A model generated the notes under the pieces. That model saw only the letters and a list, made by a program, of their open reading frames with translations, had not been told where the DNA came from and ran no database searches. A stretch of 60,241 nt of DNA, the filler included. It is 6 parts of 6 records of this genome, joined end to end, with 100 filler letters (N's around TTAATTAATTAA, not from the genome) between each part and the next. Parts side by side here need not be neighbours in the genome. Positions count along the whole stretch, not along the records: positions 1 to 6,165 come from SRR31156797_5677; positions 6,266 to 17,806 come from SRR31156797_5683; 4 more parts are not named here. One strand, written 5' to 3'. Positions 1 to 9,672 of this stretch are shown here, piece by piece (positions within the stretch are counted from its first letter, which is position 1; each line of letters starts with the position of its first letter). A program made the translations under genes and the position numbers.

Positions 1-1202
1 ATTTCGTTGCTCATTTCGTTGCCCAGCCAGCGAATTGAAAGTGGTGTTTCCTTTTCCTTTTTAAAACGGTTAACCATCGGACCGCGATGGGTAAATTTTA
101 GTTCTTCTTCAATATTCTCTCCTTCTTTCGTTTTAATGATTTCTTTTTGAATCTTAAGATCTTTCCATTCTCCATCGTACAAGTATTTGGTCGAATCTTC
201 ATTCAACTTTTCAGCATAAAAATCAAGATCATCAACCATAACATTTGTCATTCCCCACGCAATATCTTGGTTGTGTCCGCAAATAATAAAAGGTTGTCCG
301 GGAACCACTACTCCGCTTACATTCAATTTCCCTTCAACTACCTGATGCATCTGATACCAAATTCCGGGAGCAAACAATCCCAAATGCATATCGTTAGCCA
401 GTATTGGTTTTCCGGTTTTACTTTTTTTGCCCGAAACAGCCCAGTTGTTGCTTCCGTTAAAAATCTCGGCGCCAAGCTCTTTTAAATTTTTAGTGGCCGA
501 TAATAATGTTTCGTCAGCTTTTATTTTAATGTTACCAAACTCAGGATAAATAGCTGTTTTGTGGTTCTCAAGGTCTGGAATCAATTCTGCAATTTTCTCG
601 TCCGATACTTCGGTCCTCAGCTGATGTAAAAAGTACTCAGTTCCCCATCCCATCGATAAATCCCACGACATATAACCAATAAGATTTATAGAATGAACCG
701 GTTTCCAGTGCTCCGGTTTGTATTGTAAAACCTTAAACTCCGGTGGTAAAGGATACTTATCAATATAAGCATTTACTCCCTCAGCAAAAGCCTGCAATGC
801 AGAGGCAATCTCTGGTGGTGCGGTTTCAAAAATTTTTTCCGATTTTTCCTGAATCCGGAGGGACCTCATCAACAAATCGGTATTTAATTGATCTTTTCCC
901 AGTATTTCAGATAAACGACCTTGTGTTACCCTGCGCAACAAATCCATCTGCCACAGTCGATCTTGTGCCATTGTAAATCCAACCGAACGATATAAATCTG
1001 CTTCGTTTTTTGCCATAATATGCGGAATCCCATATTGGTCGCGATTTACTTTTACCGTACTTTTAAGGCCGGTTATTTTTACATTCTCGTTATAATCAGG
1101 GATTGCACTTGTTTTTAGGTTTTGAAGAAATATGAATCCGCCAACCAGTGCAAACACCAGCAATGCCAGTATTACCAGCAAAACATGTTTTAATATTCTC
1201 AT
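1..1202 (-). CDS. Penicillin acylase family (Ntn hydrolase), 3'-truncated by the window edge; absent from the ORF track
   Basis: Manual translation from ATG 1202: N-terminal TM (MRILKHVLLVILALLVFALVGG), RDQYGIPHI, AQDRLWQMDLLRR, and beta-subunit start GSNNWAVSGKKSKTGKPILANDMHL. Confidence 0.9.
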   Translation of the reverse strand, partial: MRILKHVLLVILALLVFALVGGFIFLQNLKTSAIPDYNENVKITGLKSTVKVNRDQYGIPHIMAKNEADLYRSVGFTMAQDRLWQMDLLRRVTQGRLSEILGKDQLNTDLLMRSLRIQEKSEKIFETAPPEIASALQAFAEGVNAYIDKYPLPPEFKVLQYKPEHWKPVHSINLIGYMSWDLSMGWGTEYFLHQLRTEVSDEKIAELIPDLENHKTAIYPEFGNIKIKADETLLSATKNLKELGAEIFNGSNNWAVSGKKSKTGKPILANDMHLGLFAPGIWYQMHQVVEGKLNVSGVVVPGQPFIICGHNQDIAWGMTNVMVDDLDFYAEKLNEDSTKYLYDGEWKDLKIQKEIIKTKEGENIEEELKFTHRGPMVNRFKKEKETPLSIRWLGNEMSNE

Positions 1203-1283
1203 ACAAAAGATTTTCAGGAAATTAAAAATACGTTTTTGATTTTTATATATTTAATCCCCTAAAGTTAAATCAAAATCTATATT

Positions 1284-1727
1284 ATGAAGAAGTTCGTAAT
1301 TCTTTTTTTACTGGGAGTTTATGCTACAATGGCTTTTTCTCAGGAAGCTGATAACATTATCGGTGTTTGGTGGAACGACGAGAAAACCACAAAAATTGAA
1401 GTGGAAAAGAAAGATGGGAAATACATAGGAACAATTGTTTATATGGTACCTGAAAAGTATGAAAACGGTGAACCGCCAAAAGACGATGAAAATCCTGATC
1501 CGGCTTTGCGCAACAGATCGATACTTGGTATGCAAATACTGAATAGTTTTGAATACAATACCAAGAAAAAAGAATGGAACAACGGATCGATTTATGATCC
1601 TCAATCGGGGAAAACATACGATTGTTATGCCTGGCTGGAAAAAAAAGACCTGCTAAAACTAAAAGGATTTGTAGCGGGCATTCGCTGGATGGGAAAAAGT
1701 TCGGAATGGTACAGAACTACACTTTAA
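1284..1727 (+). CDS. DUF2147 domain protein, secreted
   Basis: Signal peptide; IIGVWWN, D.NPDPALRNR.ILG, GSIYDPQSGKTY motifs. Confidence 0.85.
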   Translation: MKKFVILFLLGVYATMAFSQEADNIIGVWWNDEKTTKIEVEKKDGKYIGTIVYMVPEKYENGEPPKDDENPDPALRNRSILGMQILNSFEYNTKKKEWNNGSIYDPQSGKTYDCYAWLEKKDLLKLKGFVAGIRWMGKSSEWYRTTL

Positions 1728-1852
1728 TTCTGAGTTTCTAAATCAATGCTAAGGCAAATAACTGTCTTTTTAGATTTTTACCCGTTGTCCTTTTTTACAA
1801 AAAAGACCTTGGATAGCAGAGTATATTTTGTCAAGCCTAAACTTTAAACCAA

Positions 1853-2632
1853 CTATCCCGATACCTGAACATCAAATCCGATCTCGCGAACACGAGCGGC
1901 AATCTCATTCAACTCTTTGAGTGACACCTTCTCAAGTGTGTCAATTGGGGTATCGCGGGCTATGGTATAAATCATTACCTGCCGTGGATTTATTTTTTTT
2001 AACAAATCCATCCAGGCACTAATTTCCTTTTCAGTAGTATTATCAATAAAAGATCCCTTGTAACTCCCCCGAATAAACATTGTTTGAATTATTACTCTCC
2101 CGTTAAAAGCGATCAACTGCTCAATGGTTCTGCTCAAGCTAAAATTTCCTTTCGGACAATCCATTAACTTAACTGTCTGTTCAAAAGCCGAATCCAGCTT
2201 CTGAATATTATCTTTAATTTTTATTAAAGCATCAAAAACTGATTTCCGGTGTATCATGGTGGCATTTGACAATACGGCAATACGGGCATTGGGCACTATC
2301 TCGTCACGCAGGGCTATGGTATCCTCAATAATACCAGCAAAGTCGGGATGTAGTGTTGGCTCTCCGTTTCCGGCGAAAGTAATTATATCAGGTAACTCAT
2401 TGGCTGCTACCATCTCATGTAATTTCACCTCCAATCGCCTTTGAACATCGGCACGAGACGGAAAGCTAACTTTCTCTTCGTACTCACGCGGCGTAAATCC
2501 ACACTCGCAATAGATACAATCAAACGAGCAAACCTTTACATCAGTTGGTAACAAATTAATACCCAACGAAACACCAAGCCGTCTGCTTTTTACCGGGCCA
2601 AAAATAATTTTATCAAAAAGAAATGTTGCCAT
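1853..2632 (-). CDS. Radical SAM Fe-S oxidoreductase
   Basis: GPVKSRRLGVSLGINL, CSFDCIYC (CxxxCxxC), GNGEPTLHP. Confidence 0.9.
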   Translation of the reverse strand: MATFLFDKIIFGPVKSRRLGVSLGINLLPTDVKVCSFDCIYCECGFTPREYEEKVSFPSRADVQRRLEVKLHEMVAANELPDIITFAGNGEPTLHPDFAGIIEDTIALRDEIVPNARIAVLSNATMIHRKSVFDALIKIKDNIQKLDSAFEQTVKLMDCPKGNFSLSRTIEQLIAFNGRVIIQTMFIRGSYKGSFIDNTTEKEISAWMDLLKKINPRQVMIYTIARDTPIDTLEKVSLKELNEIAARVREIGFDVQVSG

Positions 2633-2737
2633 AAGGGCAGTAAAGATAATATCATTTTAAAAGGAAGGTTGAAGATTGACACAGTGAATAACTGAACTTA
2701 AGATAAAGTTTTACGACCGCCGATTTGTTTCCAAAAG

Positions 2738-3637
2738 CTATTTTATTTCGAAAGTGGTTTCCCCGATCTCATTCCCGTCGGAAAACAAGTTAACCGTATA
2801 GGTTCCCGGATTCAACATCGGTTCATTGGTGTTATCCCAAAAAATAGCCACGGGTAAATCTTTTCCTTCGTAAACAACTTCGCGCATAGCCGAGTATTGA
2901 ATTTTCAGGTCTTCAAACTGGAAAACATCATTTTCTGATTTAACCATGAGTAACTGATCGGGACGCATAATACGTGCGTAAATCTTTTTAGCACCACGTT
3001 TTGCTGTAGCGTTTTTTCCCAAAACAAAGTAAATCCTGACTTTTGCGGTTCGTTTGGCAAATTTTGTTTCCTTGCTTCTACTGTTTAACGGAGAGGCAAT
3101 CAGCCCACGCGCTTCAAGCATTGCCGCACGTTTTAACCTTTGCTGCTGACGCTCAATTTCTTTATTCAGCTGTTGTTTTTCTTGTTCAACCTTTTTGTAA
3201 TCTTCTTTTACCTGGCGGTTTTCAGCCATCAGTTGTTCGTTCCTTCTGTTTAGAGAGTCAATTTGCACCACAAAATCGCGCATAATTCCCCGCAATGTTG
3301 TAACCTGTTTCTGATAGCCCGAAATTTTTGAATAGCTAACTTTTTTTGTTTGTTCAACTTCAATAAGCAGATCTTTTACCTTGGCCTGAGCTACAAAAAG
3401 TTGTTCGTTTATAGTGTCGTTTTCTGTTTTAAGCGAATCGTAACTGGAAGCAATTTCAGTAAGTTGAAACTGAATGGAGTCTTTTTCTGCTTTAATCTCG
3501 TTTACAATTACACTATGATCGCGACGCTGCAGAAAAAATAAAACCAGCACAACAGCCAAAATTAATGCAAGAACTATTACGATTATGTTGTTTCTTCGGT
3601 CTTTCGACTGTCTTTGAACAGTATCAATTTCACTCAT
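2738..3637 (-). CDS. Single-TM coiled-coil hypothetical protein (alternative TTG start 3652)
   Basis: N-terminal hydrophobic helix, long heptad-rich region, beta-rich C-terminus. Confidence 0.75.
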   Translation of the reverse strand: MSEIDTVQRQSKDRRNNIIVIVLALILAVVLVLFFLQRRDHSVIVNEIKAEKDSIQFQLTEIASSYDSLKTENDTINEQLFVAQAKVKDLLIEVEQTKKVSYSKISGYQKQVTTLRGIMRDFVVQIDSLNRRNEQLMAENRQVKEDYKKVEQEKQQLNKEIERQQQRLKRAAMLEARGLIASPLNSRSKETKFAKRTAKVRIYFVLGKNATAKRGAKKIYARIMRPDQLLMVKSENDVFQFEDLKIQYSAMREVVYEGKDLPVAIFWDNTNEPMLNPGTYTVNLFSDGNEIGETTFEIK

Positions 3638-3753
3638 ACCTTCTTTTTCCAATGTTTATTGAATGCTACAAAATTAAAAATCTTTTATCCCGCCACAAAC
3701 CTTAATTCATTTTGCACCACTTATTGAGTAATTCTATGAAGCAAAGATTAATT

Positions 3754-3776
3754 CTATTTAGATTCATTCTAAATAG
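3754..3776. promoter_or_regulatory. Palindromic operator, Fur/DtxR-like metal box, upstream of the TonB-dependent receptor
   Basis: Perfect inverted repeat CTATTTAGA-TTCAT-TCTAAATAG. Confidence 0.6.
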
Positions 3777-3800
3777 CTTGCAGGGAAAAATTCTTGCTCT

Positions 3801-3808
3801 TACTTTTG
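3801..3808 (+). promoter_or_regulatory. Bacteroidota -7 promoter element
   Basis: TACTTTTG matches TAnnTTTG, 26 nt before the ATG at 3835. Confidence 0.55.
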
Positions 3809-3834
3809 TTTTTAAACTGAAAATCTATTAACCC

Positions 3835-6165
3835 ATGAAAAAAATATTATTCATAATAACAGCACTTAACCTACTGTTATTCACATCTATATCAGCACAA
3901 CAAAACGATCATGATGCGGTTATTATCGGTCATGTGGTTTCACGTGGCGAACACATCCCTTTTGTTAATATTTACCTGGAAGATACCAACCACGGTACCG
4001 CTACCGATGTTACGGGACACTACATGTTGGTTGACCTTCCATTAGGAAAATATACGCTTGTGGCCAAAATGATAGGCTATAAAGAAAGTAAACGTGAGGT
4101 GATACTGAAAGCCGGAAAAACATTAGAAGTAAAATTCGATCTTGAAGAAGATGTAATTCATATGGATGAGGTAGTGGTTACCGGTACAAAAACATTTAAA
4201 CGACAAACAGAAAGTCCGGTTATTGTAAACGTACTGGACTCTAAAACCATGGAGAAAGTCGCGGCACAAACGATTTCTGAATCATTGAGTTTTCAACCAG
4301 GGTTACGTATGGAAACTGATTGCCAGACCTGCAATTACACACAACTAAGGATGAATGGTTTAGGAGGTGCCTATAGCCAGATCCTTATCAACGGGCGTTC
4401 GGTTTTCAGCCCTTTAACCGGCCTTTACGGACTGGAACAACTCCCTACAAAAATGGTTGAACGAATTGAAGTGGTACGAGGAGGAGCTTCAGCGTTGTAC
4501 GGTTCAAGTGCAATTGGAGGAACAGTAAATATCATTACAAAACTGCCTCAGCGAAATGCATACGAAGTAATTTCCAACAATTCAATAATTGGAAACGACG
4601 CTCTCGGTTACAATGTCAGTGCAACACTAACTGCCCTCTCGCAAAGAAGAAATGCCGGTCTTTCGATGTACACTTTTCACCGGAAGCGCGATGCTTTTGA
4701 TGCCAACGATGACAATTTCTCCGAACTTCCGGAAATCGTCAATAATTCATTTGGGCTAAATTCTTTTTTCCAGATTACTGAAGACCAAAAGATTGAAGCT
4801 AACTTTTCGAGTACACACGAATATCGTTATGGAGGGGAAATGATTGATGGTCCGGCATACCTGGCAACGCAATCGGAAGAAAGAACACACAATGTAATGA
4901 TGGGTGGGATTGATTATACCTATAGCCCAACAATGCGAACCAATCTTGTTCTTTATTCAGCGGCGCAATACACACAAAGAGATCATTTTACAGGAATTGC
5001 GCCTGATGGAGGTGAAGAGTTGCAAGATTACAATAATGCACCGCCCTATGGTGATTCTGAGAATTCAACGTACCAGTTTGGGGCTCAGTTAAACCATGCA
5101 ATAAATGATTTTATTGGTAACGGAACCAACATTTTCACCTTTGGTGCCGAATATGTCTACGACAATGTTTTTGATGAGATAAAAGCATACGACTACCTGG
5201 TTGACCAACAAACAAAAAACTTTGGTGCATTCGCACAAAGCGATTGGTCGATAAACAAAAAGTTCACCCTGTTGGCTGGTGTTCGAGCAGACAAACACAA
5301 TTTTGTGGATAATCTGCTTTTAAATCCCCGGATATCGTTATTACTAAAACCCAACCTGAATACCCAACTACGTCTTTCCTGGTCGACCGGATTCAGGGCT
5401 CCTCAAGCATTTGATGCCGATATGCATATAGCATTTGCCGGTGGTGGTATTCAAACAATTGAATTAGCAGACGACCTGGAAGAAGAACGTTCGCGAAGTT
5501 TAAGCGCATCGTTAAACTGGGACAAACCCAATGAAAAACACATTATAGGTTTTACCCTGGAAGGATTTTATACCATGCTGAAAGATGCCTTTATACTTGA
5601 AGAACTCGGAACAGATGAAAACGGAAATTCGATCGTGGAAAAACGAAACGGAGGTAACAGCAACGTTTATGGTGCAACCTTTGAGGCACGTGCTAACTAT
5701 AACCGCACCTTACAAATAGAAGCTGGAGTTACAATTCAGCGCAGTCAATACGATGAAGCCGTTGAGTGGTCGGAAGAACTACCCGGAGAAAAGAATTACT
5801 TGCGCACACCGGAAACCTATGGTTATTATACCTTAACCTGGACTCCATCGAAACAAATTAGCGCTGCACTTTCAGGAGTTTATACCGGCAGCATGCTTGT
5901 GCCACACTATGGTTTGGCAGGAGACCCTGGAACCATTGAGCAGGACATACTTTTTGAATCGCCAAGCTTTATGGAAACCAATGTAAAACTAGGCTACACC
6001 GTTGAACTGAAAAGAATAGATTCTTCAGTTGAATTCTTCGGGGGAGTAAGCAATCTGTTCGATGCTTACCAGGATGATTTTGATACCGGTAAAAACCGCG
6101 ACAGTGGGTACATCTATGGTCCGGCAAAACCACGATCTTTTTTCTTTGGAATCAAACTTTTTAAC
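3835..6165 (+). CDS. TonB-dependent receptor; stop codon lost at the contig end
   Basis: Signal peptide, N-terminal carboxypeptidase-regulatory-like domain, DEVVVTGT TonB box, plug RIEVVRGGASALYGSSAIGGTVNIITK, C-terminal PRSFFFGIKLFN. Confidence 0.93.
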
Positions 6166-6265
6166 NNNNNNNNNNNNNNNNNNNNNNNNNNNNNNNNNNN
6201 NNNNNNNNNTTAATTAATTAANNNNNNNNNNNNNNNNNNNNNNNNNNNNNNNNNNNNNNNNNNNN
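6166..6265. other. Artificial contig spacer
   Basis: N-run, TTAATTAATTAA (stops in all six frames), N-run; composition changes across it. Confidence 0.98.
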
Positions 6266-6471
6266 AGGAGATCGCGGGCAAGAAGCTGACTCTCCAGAAT
6301 GTGGAGACCCTGGTTGCGGGCAAAAAGACCCGGCCCTATGTGCTCAAGGACAGCAACGGCGATAAGTTCAGGGCCAGCCTGAAGATGGCCAGGACCGCCG
6401 GCCAGGGGGTTGTCATCGAGGTGGAGCCCAAAGGGGACGGCCAGGGCTTCCAGGTCTCTTGCATTAGATAG
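6266..6471 (+). CDS. 3' fragment, probably the C-terminal repeat of a type IA (III-like) topoisomerase
   Basis: Manual translation EIAGKKLTLQNVETLVAGKKTRPYVLKDSNGDKFRASLKM...SCIR* resembles topoisomerase C-terminal repeats. Confidence 0.55.
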
Positions 6472-6499
6472 CGCTGCCTGGGTGTTCCAGGTTTTTTGC

Positions 6500-7327
6500 T
6501 TAAGATAGCGCTTGGGTGGTTGTTTCCGGTCGGGTGCTCCCGTCGGGGCCGGTGCCCTCCATGGCCTGGTCCCAGCCCAGGCGGGAGATCACTGCCTGGA
6601 ATCGTTCCTCCAGGGGGGCTGAGATGGTGACGGGCACCCCTGTGACGGGATGGATAAAGGAGAGCTCCCTTGCCGTGAGCAGCAGCCCCTTGCAGTTGAG
6701 ATGGTTTTCAAAGAAGCGGTTGTGGACGCTCTTGCCGTAAACCGTGTCCCCCACAATGGGGTGGAAGATGTGCTTCATGTGCCGCCTCAGCTGATGGCGG
6801 CGGCCGGTTTTCGGCCACAGCTTCACCAGGGAGTAGCGGGTGGTGGGATACCTGTCCACGGCCACGGGCAGTTCCACCTGGGCAAGGCATTGAAAGTCGG
6901 TGACCGCCTCATCCCTCCGGGGCTGGGTGGCGGGCTTTCTTGAGTCGATCTTGTGCTTGATATCCTTCAGTGGGTGGTCGATGGTGCCCTCGGCCTCCAC
7001 ATACCCCCGGACCACGGCAAGGTAGCTCTTTTGGATTTGGCCCGATTCAAACAGCTTTGCCATGCCTGCCGCGGTTTCACGGTTTCGCGCAAATAGCAGC
7101 ACTCCCGAGGTGGGCCTGTCCAGCCGGTGTACCGGAAACACATGGCTTCCGGTCTGGTTTCTGACCATTTGCAGGGCGAACCGTTTCTCCCCGGTGGCAA
7201 GGGGACTTTTGTGCACCATGAGGCCCGACGGTTTGTTCACGGCAACAAGGTCTTCGTCCTTGTAGAGAATCTCAAGGACTTTTTCTTCAGGTGCTTCCGA
7301 TGTTTCCAATATTTTCGATGCTTCCAT
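6500..7327 (-). CDS. truC: Pseudouridine synthase, TruC/RluA family
   Basis: VNKPSGLMVH, HRLDRPTSG (catalytic Asp), RYPTTRYSLV, TGRRHQLRRH, PIVGD. Confidence 0.85.
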   Translation of the reverse strand: MEASKILETSEAPEEKVLEILYKDEDLVAVNKPSGLMVHKSPLATGEKRFALQMVRNQTGSHVFPVHRLDRPTSGVLLFARNRETAAGMAKLFESGQIQKSYLAVVRGYVEAEGTIDHPLKDIKHKIDSRKPATQPRRDEAVTDFQCLAQVELPVAVDRYPTTRYSLVKLWPKTGRRHQLRRHMKHIFHPIVGDTVYGKSVHNRFFENHLNCKGLLLTARELSFIHPVTGVPVTISAPLEERFQAVISRLGWDQAMEGTGPDGSTRPETTTQALS

Positions 7328-7330
7328 TTT

Positions 7331-8356
7331 CTACTCTTTTCTGTGGAGGCGGCTTTTCTCAAGCCGTTTTCTGTATTTTTCGCAGGGGTCCTGGTAGCTG
7401 ACCCGCTGGGTAAACCAGACGTAATCATAGGGCGGGGAGGGCGCATATCCCTCCAGTTCCAGGGGCTCCAGGTAGTCGTCAACCGGTGAAGGGGTGCGGA
7501 AGATCTCGACAAATCCCACATTGACCTGGGAGATGCCCGGGTTGAGGTGGCGGACCCGGTCCACCACCCCGAGATTGTGTTCCGTGTGCCCGCCGCCGAT
7601 GATCACCACCACGGGCCTCTCCGGCGCGGTGTCATGGAGCTGAACAATGGAATTCGCCATGGTGTCGTTCCGGGCGATCCAGGTGTCAAAGAGCCGTGAC
7701 TGCATCCTGGGATTTTTCATACCGCAGTGGACATCTGCAAATATTTCGTGCATGTAATCCCGGTAGGTCTTGTCGTCAAGATGGGTGGAGAAGATCGACC
7801 GCTTTTCGATATTGGTGAGGTTGTCACTTCCCTTGCGGGTGATGCGCCGTTTCTGGGCGTCCGACAGGTCCAGGCCCGCGGCCAGGAGGTTCTCTTTCCT
7901 TGCAAGCTTTAAAAGCGCAAAATAGTAGGGCCAGAGGTCGTCGGATTTGTCGTCCCAGCCAAGCTGCTTCCTGAGCATTGTTTCCACCTGTTTTTCAACC
8001 GCGTCCGAGTGCTTTGCCCGGTGGGAATCCAGAAAATCCAGCAAGATCGGGGTGTCGTTTACGGAGAAGAACTCAAACCCCAGCTGGGGGCGTTTGCCCT
8101 TTGCGACCAAGGCCTTGATGATTTCGTGCTGGTGCTTGTGGTGCTCGGGGTTGTCATGCTTTTCCGCAAGATAGATCACGTCGGCGTCAAGCAACCGGTC
8201 CGCCAGGGCATCCGTTTCCATGATTTCCCCCGTGGATGTGTCGATCAGTTTCCCGATCAGGGGATCGTTTCTGAAGGGCTCCACTTGTTTGACTCCGCAG
8301 GCCTGGATCATTGAACCCATAGCCAATATCAGGATGGTTTTTAAAAAAGGTCGCAT
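7331..8356 (-). CDS. ChaN-family lipoprotein
   Basis: Lipobox-like IQAC; DVIYLAEKHDNPEHH, GFEFF, RNDTMA, IIGGGH motifs. Confidence 0.75.
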   Translation of the reverse strand: MRPFLKTILILAMGSMIQACGVKQVEPFRNDPLIGKLIDTSTGEIMETDALADRLLDADVIYLAEKHDNPEHHKHQHEIIKALVAKGKRPQLGFEFFSVNDTPILLDFLDSHRAKHSDAVEKQVETMLRKQLGWDDKSDDLWPYYFALLKLARKENLLAAGLDLSDAQKRRITRKGSDNLTNIEKRSIFSTHLDDKTYRDYMHEIFADVHCGMKNPRMQSRLFDTWIARNDTMANSIVQLHDTAPERPVVVIIGGGHTEHNLGVVDRVRHLNPGISQVNVGFVEIFRTPSPVDDYLEPLELEGYAPSPPYDYVWFTQRVSYQDPCEKYRKRLEKSRLHRKE

Positions 8357-8472
8357 TTTTAATTCCTTTCACGGCTGGTGCAGCGCTCTTTGTGCTTCAG
8401 GCAAGGGGGACGTCCCCGGGGGCAGGCGGTGGATGGAATCCGGCCGGGGGCCGGATTCCGTGAATGGCGGGA

Positions 8473-9192
8473 TTACAGGGCCTTGATCAGGGCCTGCATG
8501 TCCCTTACCGCCTGGTCCATGCCGGTGAGAACGGCACGGGAGACGATGCTGTGGCCGATGCTGAACTCGTCGATCTCGGTAAGTCCCTTAAAGGCCTTGA
8601 TGGTGTTGTAGCAGATGCCGTGGCCGGCATTGACCCCCAGGTTGAGCTTGCTGGCGATTTTTGCCGCATCCACGATCCGGATGAATTCCTTTTCCTGGTC
8701 CTGCTCCGTGGTCGCGTCACAAAAGGCGCCGGTGTGGATCTCGATCATGTCGGCGTCGATCCGGTGGGCGATCTTGATCTGGTCCAGGTCCGGATCGATG
8801 AAGATGCTCACCTTGATGCCGGCGTTCTGGAGGGCCTGCACCGTGTCTTTGATGGCGGCGTGGTGGGTGATGAGGTCAAGTCCCCCCTCGGTGGTGATCT
8901 CTTCCCGTTTCTCCGGCACCAGGGTCACGGTGTGGGGCTTCACGGAAAGGGCGATCCCGAGCATTTCACTGGTGGCGGCCATCTCAAAAATCAGCTTTGT
9001 CTTGATCACCTCTTTGATGACCCGGACATCCCTCTCCTGTATGTGGCGCCGGTCTTCCCTCAGGTGCACGACAATGCCGTCGGCGCCGCCGGTTTCCGCG
9101 GCAATGGCGGCGGCGACGGGTTCGGGGTAAGCAGCGCCCCTGGCTTCTCTCAATGTGGCTACGTGGTCTACGTTTACGGCGAGTTGTGCCAT
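8473..9192 (-). CDS. pdxJ: Pyridoxine 5'-phosphate synthase
   Basis: LAVNVDHVATLREAR, HLREDRRHI, TTEGGLD, NAGHG, SIGHSIV. Confidence 0.97.
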   Translation of the reverse strand: MAQLAVNVDHVATLREARGAAYPEPVAAAIAAETGGADGIVVHLREDRRHIQERDVRVIKEVIKTKLIFEMAATSEMLGIALSVKPHTVTLVPEKREEITTEGGLDLITHHAAIKDTVQALQNAGIKVSIFIDPDLDQIKIAHRIDADMIEIHTGAFCDATTEQDQEKEFIRIVDAAKIASKLNLGVNAGHGICYNTIKAFKGLTEIDEFSIGHSIVSRAVLTGMDQAVRDMQALIKAL

Positions 9193-9204
9193 TTTAATCT
9201 CCCT

Positions 9205-9672
9205 TTAAAATGCGTCAAGATCCGGGTTGTTTTCAATGAGCCGTAACAGCTCCAGGCTCTTTGCTTCCATCTGAACAGCCTCTTCTTCCCCCAGTTCATG
9301 GTCAAAGCCCACCAGGTGGAGGACGCCGTGGACCATGAGCTGGGACATGCGCTCTTCCAGGGTGATGCCGGCCTCATCGGCCTCCCGCTCCGCTGTCTCG
9401 ACGGAGATCACGAGATCCCCGAGAAGGCCCGGAGTGATGCCGGAGAATTCCCCCTCGAGCATGGGAAAGGAGAGCACATTGGTGGGTTTTGCTTTCCCCC
9501 GGTGGGTCTGGTTCAGCTCCATGATGCCGGGATCGTCGGTGATCATCACCGAAAGCTCATGGTCATCATATCCCAAGGCGCTTAAGATTCTGCTGAGTTT
9601 TTGATTTATCGGCAGGTTTGATATCTTTGTTGTTTTTGTCTGAATCTGAATCAGAATTTTCTGGTTTTCCAT
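9205..9672 (-). CDS. ybeY: rRNA maturation endoribonuclease YbeY
   Basis: PTNVLSFP, LGDLVIS, HGVLHLVGFDH metal motif. Confidence 0.95.
   Translation of the reverse strand: MENQKILIQIQTKTTKISNLPINQKLSRILSALGYDDHELSVMITDDPGIMELNQTHRGKAKPTNVLSFPMLEGEFSGITPGLLGDLVISVETAEREADEAGITLEERMSQLMVHGVLHLVGFDHELGEEEAVQMEAKSLELLRLIENNPDLDAF

Noticed and set aside
147..976. + strand ORFs 147-485 and 743-976
   Set aside because: Antisense to the acylase gene on the minus strand
6210..6221. Recurring TTAATTAATTAA as a biological repeat
   Set aside because: Always centred in an N-run; it is an assembly linker
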